From: an uncultured Candidatus Saccharibacteria bacterium
GTDB lineage: Bacteria; Patescibacteriota; Saccharimonadia; Saccharimonadales; JAGQNJ01
Direction: 5' to 3'
DNA length: 64,000 nucleotides
NCBI GenBank assembly: GCA_964577565.1
Contig: CAZNZL010000001.1
Coordinates: forward strand, 334,566-398,565
The position numbers were made by a program, and so were the translations under genes. The number at the start of each line of letters is the position of its first letter. The stretch's first letter is position 1. Under the pieces are notes generated by a model. The model did no database searches. It saw nothing but the letters and a program-made list of their open reading frames with translations, and was not told where the DNA came from. Of this stretch, positions 35,924-45,720 are shown piece by piece.

Positions 35924-37195
35924 TTAATATTCAATGCTGCCAATTGGCGGGTCACCAATGATAATTTTTTGGTCAGGCTCAATGCCTTTTTTAATCAGCT
36001 CGTTAATAACCCCCGTTTTTTGCAAAATGTCGCGCATGCGCTGAGAGGCATAGTAATCACTAAAGTCGGTCCGGCGTGCAAACGACTCTAGCTTTTTGCC
36101 CGTTACTATAAAGCCGTCGTCGGTCACCTCTATATACCAGCGGTCTTCTGGTTCTTCAAAGGTAAGTACCGGCAGCTCTGAAGCTTGCTTATGCTCAGCC
36201 TTTTTGCGGCTAGCAACAACCATGGTAGCAACGTGATGCAACAGTTCTTTTACGCCTTCACCACTTTTGGCAGAAATAGCCACAACGGCAGTTCTTTTTG
36301 GTACGGCTTTTTTAAGACCCGTAACCAGATCATTAATAATGTCACTGTCAAGACCGTCTACTTTGGTGAGTGCTACCACCTGCGGCCGTTTGCTAAGATC
36401 GACGCGGTAATTTTTAAGCTCGGTTTGAATGGTTTTATAGGCCGTAATAATATCATCGTTATAGGCATCAACTAAGTGAACGAGCACGCTGGTACGCTCA
36501 ACATGGCGTAAAAACTCATCGCCCAAACCCTTGCCTTTACTGGCGCCCTCTATAAGGCCGGGAATATCAGCAATCAACAGACTGGTATTTTGAACATCCA
36601 CCACACCAAGATTAGGTGTCAGGGTGGTAAACGGATAGTTAGCAATTTCTGGGTGGGCATTACTTACGGTTGCTAAAAAGGTGGATTTACCGGCATTGGG
36701 CAGGCCAACCAGGCCGACATCGGCAATCATTTTAAGCTCAAAGATAAGTTCACACGATTCACCAGGCTCGCCTTTTTCGGCTACCCGCGGCGCTTGGCGG
36801 GTAGAGCTGGCAAAGTGCGCGTTACCAAAACCACCCTTACCGCCCTTGGCGATGACGGCTCGGTCACCGTCATGGGTCAAATCGGCAATAACCTTGTTCT
36901 CTTCATTACTAATAACAGTGCCGATTGGTACGTGAACTTCTAGCGCAGTACCGCTTTTGCCATGTTTACGGCGCTTGCCACCGTTTTGGCCATTTTTAGC
37001 CTGCAATTGCTTTTGGTAGCGGAAGGCCGACAACGAGTCTTGGTTGCGGCTAGCAACCACTACGACATCACCGCCGTTGCCACCGTTACCGCCGTCAGGA
37101 CCGCCCCGCTCGACAAATTTTTCATGCCGAAAGCTCACAATCCCATTGCCGCCGTCACCTGCTTTAACTAAAACTTTAACCTTATCAACAAACAT
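35924..37195 (-). CDS. obg: GTPase Obg/CgtA
   Basis: MFVDKVKVLVKAGDGGNGIVSFRHEKF, Gly-rich Obg fold, GLPNAGKST, DIPGLIEGA, and a C-terminal OCT domain. Confidence 0.93.
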   Translation of the reverse strand: MFVDKVKVLVKAGDGGNGIVSFRHEKFVERGGPDGGNGGNGGDVVVVASRNQDSLSAFRYQKQLQAKNGQNGGKRRKHGKSGTALEVHVPIGTVISNEENKVIADLTHDGDRAVIAKGGKGGFGNAHFASSTRQAPRVAEKGEPGESCELIFELKMIADVGLVGLPNAGKSTFLATVSNAHPEIANYPFTTLTPNLGVVDVQNTSLLIADIPGLIEGASKGKGLGDEFLRHVERTSVLVHLVDAYNDDIITAYKTIQTELKNYRVDLSKRPQVVALTKVDGLDSDIINDLVTGLKKAVPKRTAVVAISAKSGEGVKELLHHVATMVVASRKKAEHKQASELPVLTFEEPEDRWYIEVTDDGFIVTGKKLESFARRTDFSDYYASQRMRDILQKTGVINELIKKGIEPDQKIIIGDPPIGSIEY

Positions 37196-37256
37196 GATGC
37201 TCCACCTGAATTAGTGAAACCCCAGTATACCACTTTGTAGTATTATTAACAATTGT

Positions 37257-38237
37257 CTAGTAGATAAAGCGATAAGCGCCAAATTCGCCTGGTGGCACCG
37301 TACGAGTCGTGACTCGACCCCAACTAGGGTAGTTCATGTCTGATACCACCAGTGAACCATCAGCATTGATAGACTCGACATATGCTACGTGACCAAGGCC
37401 ACCTAAGTTGGCGTGCCATAGGACTGCTCCGGCTTGAGGCGTCGTACCAACCGCCATTCCAGCCGCAGCCGCACGGGCATACCACGTACGGGCGTGACCT
37501 AAGTTTGCCGGTATCGGGCGGCCAGCTGCGGCGCGTCGATTCGCGGCGTGCCACGTACAGTAACCATAGTCATAACCGTTATAGCCATAGCGAGCCGTAA
37601 AACCGGCTGCAGATGAAGGAAGTAAGGCACTCGCTCGGCTTGTGGCGATCGGTGGTCGTCCGTCAGGCATTACTACCCGCTCACCAACCGGCAAGTGGCC
37701 AGATTCTAGATCATTAAAGGCTATAAACTGATCACGGTTTACTCCAAATCGCGCCACGAGTAAATCTATCGTGTCGCTTCTTTGAACGGTGTACACAATA
37801 CCGTTAATTGGCGAGATGATTAACTGCGTACCCGGGCGGACAATATCACCGTTTAGGTTATTACTCCAGCGAATGGTGTCTGACGTAACCCCAAATTTGG
37901 CCGCAATGCTTGCCACCGTATCACCTGACTGTACCTCATATACTTGAATGTCTTGGCGTGACTTTAAGCCAGTGGCAATAATCTGCGGTTGCGCTACGAC
38001 AATATCGTCCGATGGGGTTACTGTTAACTGCGCATTAACGGTGTCAGCTAAGTTTGTCACCGCAACTTGTTCTGGCAAATTAGCTGCCCGCGCAACGCTC
38101 ACGGCGATATCAGCCGACGATAATGTATCAAGCGGGTTAGCGATAGACTCTTCTTCAGTAGCCAAGATGGCGTTAGACACGCTGGTACCACTGGTTTTTG
38201 GTTTTTGCAACACAAAAGTCGCTACCACTACCAACAT
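37257..38237 (-). CDS. LysM (x2) plus CHAP-domain peptidoglycan hydrolase (N-terminus probably extends upstream)
   Basis: YEVQSGDTVASIAAKFGV and YTVQRSDTIDLLVARFGV are the LysM repeats. CTWHAANRR...GHVAYVE..DMNY is the CHAP domain. The frame stays open upstream to 38452 without ATG, GTG or TTG. Confidence 0.8.
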   Translation of the reverse strand: MLVVVATFVLQKPKTSGTSVSNAILATEEESIANPLDTLSSADIAVSVARAANLPEQVAVTNLADTVNAQLTVTPSDDIVVAQPQIIATGLKSRQDIQVYEVQSGDTVASIAAKFGVTSDTIRWSNNLNGDIVRPGTQLIISPINGIVYTVQRSDTIDLLVARFGVNRDQFIAFNDLESGHLPVGERVVMPDGRPPIATSRASALLPSSAAGFTARYGYNGYDYGYCTWHAANRRAAAGRPIPANLGHARTWYARAAAAGMAVGTTPQAGAVLWHANLGGLGHVAYVESINADGSLVVSDMNYPSWGRVTTRTVPPGEFGAYRFIY

Positions 38238-38609
38238 GGTTACGTTTGCGAATAATAAACTATACCGAATAGTACGGCGCCGATTGCGTTTGTTTAACAG
38301 GCGCTTATACCAAGCGGTGGATTTAACATCTGATTGTAGGTCGCTTAACTTACCGCTCAGGCGTTCGTTCAGCGAATCACTTGTTGTACTAATATAAATC
38401 TCCCGGGAATCTTCCCGCTTCTGGCAGGGGTTAATGACATGATCTCAAGTTTCGACTACTTGATAGGTTAATGTGATTATCTGCTGCCAAAAGTGTAACT
38501 TCGTCCCCCCTGTCATTCTCCCCAGAGGTGATTGGTTACTGTAAGAAATTTTACCATTACCGCCGGGTAACCACAACCCCCTTCTACCCCTGTTTACCCC
38601 TGTTACGGT

Positions 38610-39671
38610 CTAATTTCCGCACAATTGTTTACAGTGTTGGGCCGTTAGGGCTTCATGTTCTTCAACCGTGCGTGAAAAGTACGTTTTGCCATCATCGCCC
38701 GACACAAAGTAAAGCCAATCGGTCGCAGCCGGGTAGGCTACTGCTCGCAGCGAACTTTCAGTGACATTACTAATGGGGCCGGGCGGCAGGCCGGCGTTTT
38801 GATACGTGTTGTAGGCCGATGGGTACCTGAGCAACTCACTATAGCTCTTACCTTGTGCCTGACCGTCTAAAACGGCGCCATAGCTTGACGTTGCGTCAGA
38901 CTGCAGCTTCATACCTATAGACAGCCGCTTATGAAAAACCTGCGCAACCTGGTTTCGATCTTCTGGTAATGAAACTTCCTTTTCTACAACCGAGGCTAAG
39001 GTAACCGCTTTATGAACGCTTAAACCGCGGCGAGAGTATGCCTCGCGCAGCTCAGGCGTAAGCCGCCGCTGCATTTCATTTAACGACTGGGTAACAATCT
39101 CTTCAACCGTGGTTTCGCTCGTACGATGAAATGATTCGGGATACAGATAACCCTCTAATGAAGCATCGGTCGCTTTATCAACCAGCGCCGGGTGGTTGGT
39201 ATACTTACCGGGGTCAAGAGCAGCATCAATGTCTTTATCGTCATAACCTGCGTTTTTAAACGTCTTTTTTACTTGATCAAGACGCGAACCAGGCAAAATA
39301 GTAATTAACTTATTCACTATTTTGCCATCAGTCAGGATAGAAACAATCTCGGGTACGCTGTAACTAGGGCTGAGCTCGTATGTTCCGGCCTTTATGTCGG
39401 TACTGGCGCCGTTATTGCGAACGTATTGCTCAAACACGCGCTTATTGCGTATGAGTTTTTTGTCAGCCAGCAAGTTGCTAACATCATTTAGCGACGCCCC
39501 TACCGGAACCTCCACCTCAACCAGCTGCTCGCTACTACTAACCGGCTTAAGATTCTTCTCGTAGTATTGCCGAACCATCACAATACCTCCGATGCTAAAC
39601 AGGGCCAACATAACTGCCATGGCAATCAGTAATTTCACGAAACGAATCTTTTTGCTACGAGCGAGCGGCAT
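38610..39671 (-). CDS. mltG: endolytic transglycosylase MltG (YceG-like)
   Basis: N-terminal TM. LASVVEKE, NTYQNAGLPPGPISN are the YceG family motifs. Confidence 0.85.
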   Translation of the reverse strand: MPLARSKKIRFVKLLIAMAVMLALFSIGGIVMVRQYYEKNLKPVSSSEQLVEVEVPVGASLNDVSNLLADKKLIRNKRVFEQYVRNNGASTDIKAGTYELSPSYSVPEIVSILTDGKIVNKLITILPGSRLDQVKKTFKNAGYDDKDIDAALDPGKYTNHPALVDKATDASLEGYLYPESFHRTSETTVEEIVTQSLNEMQRRLTPELREAYSRRGLSVHKAVTLASVVEKEVSLPEDRNQVAQVFHKRLSIGMKLQSDATSSYGAVLDGQAQGKSYSELLRYPSAYNTYQNAGLPPGPISNVTESSLRAVAYPAATDWLYFVSGDDGKTYFSRTVEEHEALTAQHCKQLCGN

Positions 39672-40071
39672 GATTACCCTCCTGGTTTAAAAAATCTTCT
39701 AAAATAATAGTGGCAGCCCAGGCATCAATGTCTTCTTTTTGATAGGCGTCACCGCGTTCTTGTAGGCGATTTACCGCCGCAATCGACGTTACTGCCTCGT
39801 CCTGAAAATGAACCGGAATAGATAAGTGCAGCTTATTGACAAAATCTTTGACATAGTGCGTTTGTTGGGTTGTCTGACCGTCCATACCGCGCGGTAAGCC
39901 AACCACCACCTCTGACACATCATGTTCGGCCAACAGCTGTGTAAGCTGCGTCGCAAATTCGTCATCGTTCGGCAGGGTCACTAATGGTTCGGGCAAACAT
40001 GCCACCGTGTTAGCCCGCGCAATGCCAATTTTTCGCTCCCCGATATCCAGCGCTAAAATGGTTGTACTCAC
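39655..40071 (-). CDS. ruvX: Holliday junction resolvase-like RuvX (YqgF)
   Basis: ILALDIGERKIGIARAN...VVGLPRGMDG....DE..TS. Confidence 0.85.
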   Translation of the reverse strand: MSTTILALDIGERKIGIARANTVACLPEPLVTLPNDDEFATQLTQLLAEHDVSEVVVGLPRGMDGQTTQQTHYVKDFVNKLHLSIPVHFQDEAVTSIAAVNRLQERGDAYQKEDIDAWAATIILEDFLNQEGNHAARS

Positions 40072-41738
40072 TAATTATTTGCCTCTTTAAACTCGATTGT
40101 AATTTTATCGATACTACGCGGCGCCATACTCACCCAGAATGGGCTAAAGGTTACCTCAACCGACTCAACACCGTCAAATGACTTAACTTTGTTTTCTACA
40201 TCGCCCTTCTTTTTACCGGCAATATCTTTTTTAAGCTGCTCTTCATTAATGTTTGGCCCCAGTGCGATCTGAACCTGCATAGTAATATTGGTCGTGCCGT
40301 CATCTTTACGGTCACCTAAACGGAAGGTTGCTTGGTCAATACCGTCGTCTTGTACACGCAAGCTGCGACTCTCGGTCTCATCTTTTACCTCATGCTCTAC
40401 CAACGCACGCAAATCATCACGTTTTACCCCGGTCATGGTAAAAACCCTCTCTGCCGTGATTGTTACCTCATTGGCTTCTTGTCCAACCTCGTTTGAGGGC
40501 TTTATTGACTCGCTTTTAGTAACAAAGGTATCAAGTATGGCATAATACTGTTTGTCTTCAAGTTCTTTTTGTAACTCCGCTTTGACCTCTTGCGTCACAT
40601 CGCTGAGTTTTTGTTTGGCGTTATCAATATCTTGCTGACTTATTACTTTGGCAATTTTACTGCTGCCGCCGCTAAAACCGCTACCGTTTGTGCCGGTAAC
40701 TGACGAATAACCCGCCACCGTAAAACTTCGGCCAGAATTAATGTTGTACTGATCGCCATTATTTTGGGCCGTAACGTTGGTGGACCCCGTAAATTTACAG
40801 CCACCACTAAAGCTTGGGGTCGTCAAACTGGTGCTGCTTTGCGTAATAAATGTCAGGTCGCTGGTGCTAACGCCTGTTCCGGCTGGAATAGTAGGCGGTG
40901 AGCCGCTCACGGCACTACATGGAATCGACAGCGTTACGCTACCACTGGCTTTGGTACCAAGGTCTTTTTGGCCCGTAGCAGCCACGCTTTGGGTTTCGGT
41001 CTTTTGGCTCTCGGCCATTTTAGCCGGAATCACACCACCATCAATGTTAGCGTCTTGAGTAGTGGGTGAAGCCACAAAGTCAATCGAACTATTGACCCCG
41101 CTTGTTTCGGTTTGAATCGCAATGGTTGCCTTGGGGAGTACAAAAAAGGCTGCGTACACGAGCGCCAGCAAGGCAATAACACCTGTCACCCCAATAAATA
41201 CCTTCTTTCTAAACCTATCAAAATTAGGAATTTTGTTTTTGCCTTCTTTTTTAACCTTTGGTGCTTTCTGCTTTTTTCTGGCGGCCGCTTTAGGCATGGC
41301 AGCAGGTGCCGTTGCGGCAGACTCAAACAGCTCATCATCAGACATTTTCTCTGGCGCTGCTAATTCTCCAACTGGGGCATTTTTATCAAGCTCAGGTTCG
41401 GCGGGCGCTTCTTCGGCCTCAAGCACATCATCACCTCCCGTTGGGCCCTCAGGCGGCTCGGGAATCTCGGGCTTAGACTGCAAGTTTTTAGCTACATATA
41501 TTCCAACCGCGCCAGCCAACGGTAATAAGCCAGCTTCAGAGGTAATTAAGACAATTCGTTTACCCGCATCGTCAGCGGTGCGCTTAAGCAGCTTCATATT
41601 AACAATACTCTGCAGTACCGCCGCGCGCTTTGGTAAAACAAGTGCCACAATTTTTGATGAACTTGCGTTTACTTTATCAACGATAGAAGTAATTTCATCG
41701 TCGACATCTATATAAATGGTGTCCTTTTGTGCTGCCAT
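40071..41738 (-). CDS. hypothetical membrane-anchored protein downstream of ftsA
   Basis: 555 aa: a cytoplasmic N-domain, an acidic/Pro linker, one TM (VFIGVTGVIALLALVYAAFFVL), then a large exterior domain. Confidence 0.6.
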   Translation of the reverse strand: MAAQKDTIYIDVDDEITSIVDKVNASSSKIVALVLPKRAAVLQSIVNMKLLKRTADDAGKRIVLITSEAGLLPLAGAVGIYVAKNLQSKPEIPEPPEGPTGGDDVLEAEEAPAEPELDKNAPVGELAAPEKMSDDELFESAATAPAAMPKAAARKKQKAPKVKKEGKNKIPNFDRFRKKVFIGVTGVIALLALVYAAFFVLPKATIAIQTETSGVNSSIDFVASPTTQDANIDGGVIPAKMAESQKTETQSVAATGQKDLGTKASGSVTLSIPCSAVSGSPPTIPAGTGVSTSDLTFITQSSTSLTTPSFSGGCKFTGSTNVTAQNNGDQYNINSGRSFTVAGYSSVTGTNGSGFSGGSSKIAKVISQQDIDNAKQKLSDVTQEVKAELQKELEDKQYYAILDTFVTKSESIKPSNEVGQEANEVTITAERVFTMTGVKRDDLRALVEHEVKDETESRSLRVQDDGIDQATFRLGDRKDDGTTNITMQVQIALGPNINEEQLKKDIAGKKKGDVENKVKSFDGVESVEVTFSPFWVSMAPRSIDKITIEFKEANN

Positions 41739-41748
41739 ATCCTAACTA

Positions 41749-43053
41749 TTATACCTTTAGCATTCTATCTATTTTAGCCCGAATTGAGCCACTGCCGCTA
41801 TTATTTTGCTGCTCTAGGGTGTCAATTCCCACCCGTACCAAACCTAACGCCGTAATAAAGGTATGATCCGTAAGTTTATCTGTTGTATCAGTTATGCCCA
41901 CAACCTGATTTGGCTGAATATGCTGAATAATTGGTTGCTTTGTAAACGGTAAGTCTTTATACCACTTAGTGCCGCTCAGCTGCCGGGGTAGCATAGCTAG
42001 CGACGAACCGCCACCGCACAGCAAAACACGTTGCGGCAAATGGTCTAGCTGATCAAACTCGCTTAAAGCCAACTCTACGCCATGGGTCCACACTTGCAAC
42101 GTCTTTTTCAGCGCAGCTTTTACGTCATCGGCTTTGTCTGAGCTGGTTTCATGGTTGGTAAGGCCTGTTTTAAGAGCTTCTGCCTCTTCAAAGTCAATAC
42201 CAAGATCGCGTTCAATCGCCCGGGTGTAGGCTCTGCCGCCAATGCCAAACATTTTTGTCCCCTGCACGCCGCCATCATTTATAACGGCAATATCAGTGGT
42301 ACCGCCGCCCACATCCATTAATATGGCGTTCATATTAGAACCGGTGTTATCACCAATCACCGACCGCGCGACTGCAAACGGCTCTGCTGCGACAGCCAGT
42401 AAATCTAAATCAAGCTCTTGGGCGGTGCGTTCTAAAGCGCCAATGTGCACCAACGGCGCGAAGGCAGTATATAGCTGCACTACAACATCACGGCCCTGAA
42501 ACCCAACAGGATTGGTAACTTTATAACCATCAATATCAATACGTACCAAGGCGCTGTTTACCAGGCGAATGTCTACTTGTTTACCGCCCAGTTCCCATGC
42601 CAAGCTATCCCGTGCTTTTTGTTCGGCCCGTTCCTGTACTTTGCCAACAATACGAGCTACTTCTTCTAGCGTTAGTTCGCGGTTTGGGTCATTGCGCCGA
42701 TACCGCACCGTCGTAGTTGTACCTTTGACAAGTTCGCCAGCAATACCAATCACTACCGTACGTGCGCTTAAACCGGCTTGTTCTTCAGCTGCTGCCAAAG
42801 CGCTGTCACAATTAGCGACCACTGCTGAAATATCAGCAATCGCACCCGCTTGCATGTCACCTAACGCCTGATGAGCCCGGCCTACGCCAATAATTTCTGC
42901 CTGATTGCCGTCAACTTTAGCAATTAAGGCCTTAACAAACTCGGTACCAATATCAAGCCCTACTACATAGCGCTCGGACTTAAACTTGGGCACTTTTTTC
43001 TGGGGGACTTTAATGTTTTTGGGAACTTTTAAGTTCTTGAATTTTTCAAGCAT
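41749..43053 (-). CDS. ftsA: cell division protein FtsA (actin-like ATPase)
   Basis: VVGLDIGTEFVKALIAKV..., DVGGGTTDIAV, LCGGGSSL. ATG 43053 is preferred over TTG 43080. Confidence 0.75.
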   Translation of the reverse strand: MLEKFKNLKVPKNIKVPQKKVPKFKSERYVVGLDIGTEFVKALIAKVDGNQAEIIGVGRAHQALGDMQAGAIADISAVVANCDSALAAAEEQAGLSARTVVIGIAGELVKGTTTTVRYRRNDPNRELTLEEVARIVGKVQERAEQKARDSLAWELGGKQVDIRLVNSALVRIDIDGYKVTNPVGFQGRDVVVQLYTAFAPLVHIGALERTAQELDLDLLAVAAEPFAVARSVIGDNTGSNMNAILMDVGGGTTDIAVINDGGVQGTKMFGIGGRAYTRAIERDLGIDFEEAEALKTGLTNHETSSDKADDVKAALKKTLQVWTHGVELALSEFDQLDHLPQRVLLCGGGSSLAMLPRQLSGTKWYKDLPFTKQPIIQHIQPNQVVGITDTTDKLTDHTFITALGLVRVGIDTLEQQNNSGSGSIRAKIDRMLKV

Positions 43054-43108
43054 AACTTCTTTAAGTATACCACGGCGCAACCGCCCTTATGCTACTGTAA
43101 AACAGCTT

Positions 43109-43456
43109 TTAACTTTCTGGTTCTTGCTGGGCTAACTCACTGCTACCCCTTATTGAACCCGGTAGCTCAACCACCGTCTCTCGGGCTCCAGCCCTAGCTA
43201 ATGCGCGCTGTCGTCTTACGCGTCTCCGCTCTCTTTCGGTTAACCCACCCCAAATTCCAAATTTTTGACCTGTTTCGAGTGAATACTCAAGGCATTCCTC
43301 TCGTACGGCACAGGCTTGACAAATAAGCTTTGCCGCTTTGATTTCAGCGTTATCTTTAGGGAAGAATAGATCTGGATCTTCACCCAGACAATTGGCATTA
43401 TCTTGCCATGCCGTATCCGGTTCTGCTCTTTCTGCCTCTTGATCAAACTCCGTCAT
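43109..43456 (-). CDS. WhiB-family (Wbl) Fe-S transcription factor
   Basis: W..NANCLGEDPDLFFP...CQACAVREEC...FGIWGGLTERERRR: four Cys in canonical spacing, the G[IV]WGG turn, and a basic tail. Confidence 0.85.
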   Translation of the reverse strand: MTEFDQEAERAEPDTAWQDNANCLGEDPDLFFPKDNAEIKAAKLICQACAVREECLEYSLETGQKFGIWGGLTERERRRVRRQRALARAGARETVVELPGSIRGSSELAQQEPES

Positions 43457-43498
43457 AGCCTTATTGTACCGCTAGTTTACCTACAGGCAAGCTCAAGT

Positions 43499-45397
43499 TT
43501 ATTGCAAAACAGCCTTGATTCTTCTGATTCCAGCTGAACTGGCTTCTTCTTTGATGATTTTAAAGCGCTTACCGCCTTCAAATAGCTGCAAGGTGTGGTC
43601 AACATGCGGGCCGCCGCAAATTTCAAAACTGTACGGCCTTTCATCAGCCGGACTGTTGGGGTCTTTCATGCTGTAGACTTTCACGGTATCACCATAACGG
43701 TCACCAAACTGGCCTAGGGCGCCCAGTTTGCCAGTAGCTTCTTTTGTTGGGTATTCTTGCCAGCTTACCTGCAAATCTTTGGCAATCTCACGGTTGACAA
43801 TGTCTTCGACTTGCTTTAATTCTTCTGGGGTAACCTTCTGGGGATGCGAAAAGTCAAAGCGCAAGCGCTCTTCAGTAATATTGCTACCGCGTTGTATCAC
43901 GTGATCACCCAGCACATCACGCAGCGCTTGGTACATGAGGTGCGTAGCGGTGTGATACTTCTTGTGTTGCATGGTTTGCCCACCGAGGCCACCCTTAAAC
44001 GTGCCTTTAGCGGCTGTTTGGCTACGCTCGCGTTGTGCTTGCATAAGCGCCTCAAACTCTTGCTGCCAATTTTCTGATACCTTTACGTCTTGCTTAAAGG
44101 CCTCTTCGACACTTAACTCTACCGGAAAACCATAGGTGTCATACAGCGTAAAGATTTCTTTACCTGTTAAGCCGCCTTCAGTTAGTTTGCCAAATTCGCG
44201 TAAGCCCTTGCGCAGCGTTTGCCGAAAGGCCTTTTCTTCTTTTATTAACGTGGCGACGATGTCGTCTTTGTTTTTTTTAACTTCAGGATAATCATTCTCA
44301 TACAACTCAGCAATCACGGGCACAATATCTTGTAAGAAATTTTGTTCAATCCCCAATTCAAAGGCAAAGCGAATCGCTCGACGCAGCAGTCGGCGCATCA
44401 CATAGCCCTGCTCTTTATTGCTTGGCCTTACACCGTCAACTGCCAAAAAGGTAGCTGCGCGCAAGTGATCGGCAACTACCCGCATGGCATTAGTATGCGA
44501 ATCATACGTTTTGCCACTTAACTTTTCTAACGACTCCACTATAGGCCACAAAATACTAATTTTATATACATCCGGACTATTTATTGCGGCCATTGCTATT
44601 CGTTCTAGCCCGCAGCCACAATCCACATTTTGCTTTGGTAGCTTTTCAATACCTTTTTCGGTTTTGACATACTCCATAAATACACTGTTGCCAACTTCTA
44701 CAAATCGCCCGCAATCGCAGTTAGGGTGGCATTTTTCACCGTACTGAGGATCATGCTCAACAAAGTCAAATTCGTAGAACATTTCTGTTGTAGGACCGCC
44801 AGGCTCTCCTGTTGGCATATCCTCGGGCTTACCAGATCGACTCCACCAGTTTTTACTGGCATCGTAGTAAAAAATCTTCTCACCCGACTTCATGCCTCGT
44901 TTTGCGGCTTCTTTTTCGCTGCCCATGTCGGCTTCTTGGGCGTTAATTTTATCTTTTGTAAGAACCTCTTTCCAAATGTCCGCCGCTTCGGTATCCCTCG
45001 GCACTTTGTGCTTTTCATCACCTATAAACAGGGTTATATAGAGTTTTTTCGGGTCAAGCCTAGCTTCTTGCGTCATAAATTCCCAAAACCAAGGGATTTG
45101 TTCTTTTTTAAAGTAATCACCAAAGCTCCAATTACCAAGCATTTCAAATAATGTGTCATGCCGGTTATCTCCCACCTCTTCAATATCCTGAACCCGGATA
45201 ACCGGTTGGCTATCCACCACACGAGTGCCTGCCGGATGCTTTTCTCCAAGCAGGTAAGGCAGCAATGGCTGCATACCACTCCCCGTAAACAAGGTGGTAG
45301 GGTCGTTATCGGGGACCAATTTTGCGCGCGGAATAATTTTGTGGCCACGCTCCTGAAAGAATTTTAAATATGCGTTTCTAATTTGTTGGGCAGTCAT
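43499..45397 (-). CDS. alaS: alanine--tRNA ligase (short form, no C-Ala domain)
   Basis: MTAQQIRNAYLKFFQERGH..., FTGSGM, editing-domain HTATHL...CGGPHV. 632 aa. Confidence 0.9.
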   Translation of the reverse strand: MTAQQIRNAYLKFFQERGHKIIPRAKLVPDNDPTTLFTGSGMQPLLPYLLGEKHPAGTRVVDSQPVIRVQDIEEVGDNRHDTLFEMLGNWSFGDYFKKEQIPWFWEFMTQEARLDPKKLYITLFIGDEKHKVPRDTEAADIWKEVLTKDKINAQEADMGSEKEAAKRGMKSGEKIFYYDASKNWWSRSGKPEDMPTGEPGGPTTEMFYEFDFVEHDPQYGEKCHPNCDCGRFVEVGNSVFMEYVKTEKGIEKLPKQNVDCGCGLERIAMAAINSPDVYKISILWPIVESLEKLSGKTYDSHTNAMRVVADHLRAATFLAVDGVRPSNKEQGYVMRRLLRRAIRFAFELGIEQNFLQDIVPVIAELYENDYPEVKKNKDDIVATLIKEEKAFRQTLRKGLREFGKLTEGGLTGKEIFTLYDTYGFPVELSVEEAFKQDVKVSENWQQEFEALMQAQRERSQTAAKGTFKGGLGGQTMQHKKYHTATHLMYQALRDVLGDHVIQRGSNITEERLRFDFSHPQKVTPEELKQVEDIVNREIAKDLQVSWQEYPTKEATGKLGALGQFGDRYGDTVKVYSMKDPNSPADERPYSFEICGGPHVDHTLQLFEGGKRFKIIKEEASSAGIRRIKAVLQ

Positions 45398-45436
45398 CAG
45401 AGGTGATTATAACAGATTGAACGATTCATAAAAACA

Positions 45437-45466
45437 AATGCGCCCTCGGGGTATTAAGGGCGCATT
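45437..45466. terminator. 10-bp hairpin
   Basis: aatgcgccct-cggggtatta-agggcgcatt, lying between the small acidic ORF and alaS. Confidence 0.5.
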
Positions 45467-45492
45467 CATTGGACCCGAAAATATCTGTCAAT

Positions 45493-45633
45493 TTACATAG
45501 CCGCGTTTTGATCGCCGTCAAATAAATCGCGATCTTCTTGCTCTTGCATACTGGTATCGTCATCATCAAACGCATCTTGCGCTTTGTCTTTTAGGTTATC
45601 GCCTGCGTCTTGAAGTCTATCTTTTAATGCCAT
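45493..45633 (-). CDS. 46-aa acidic protein (not in ORF track)
   Basis: AAAGGAGG lies 6 nt before the ATG. Product is MALKDRLQDAGDNLKDKAQDAFDDDDTSMQEQEDRDLFDGDQNAAM. Confidence 0.55.
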   Translation of the reverse strand: MALKDRLQDAGDNLKDKAQDAFDDDDTSMQEQEDRDLFDGDQNAAM

Positions 45634-45720
45634 ACAAACCTCCTTTACTTAGTGTTGCCGTTCTATCGTAACAAGCAAAAAAGTGGAACGCAGTAAGGTT
45701 TATTACAAAAAAGTTATCAG

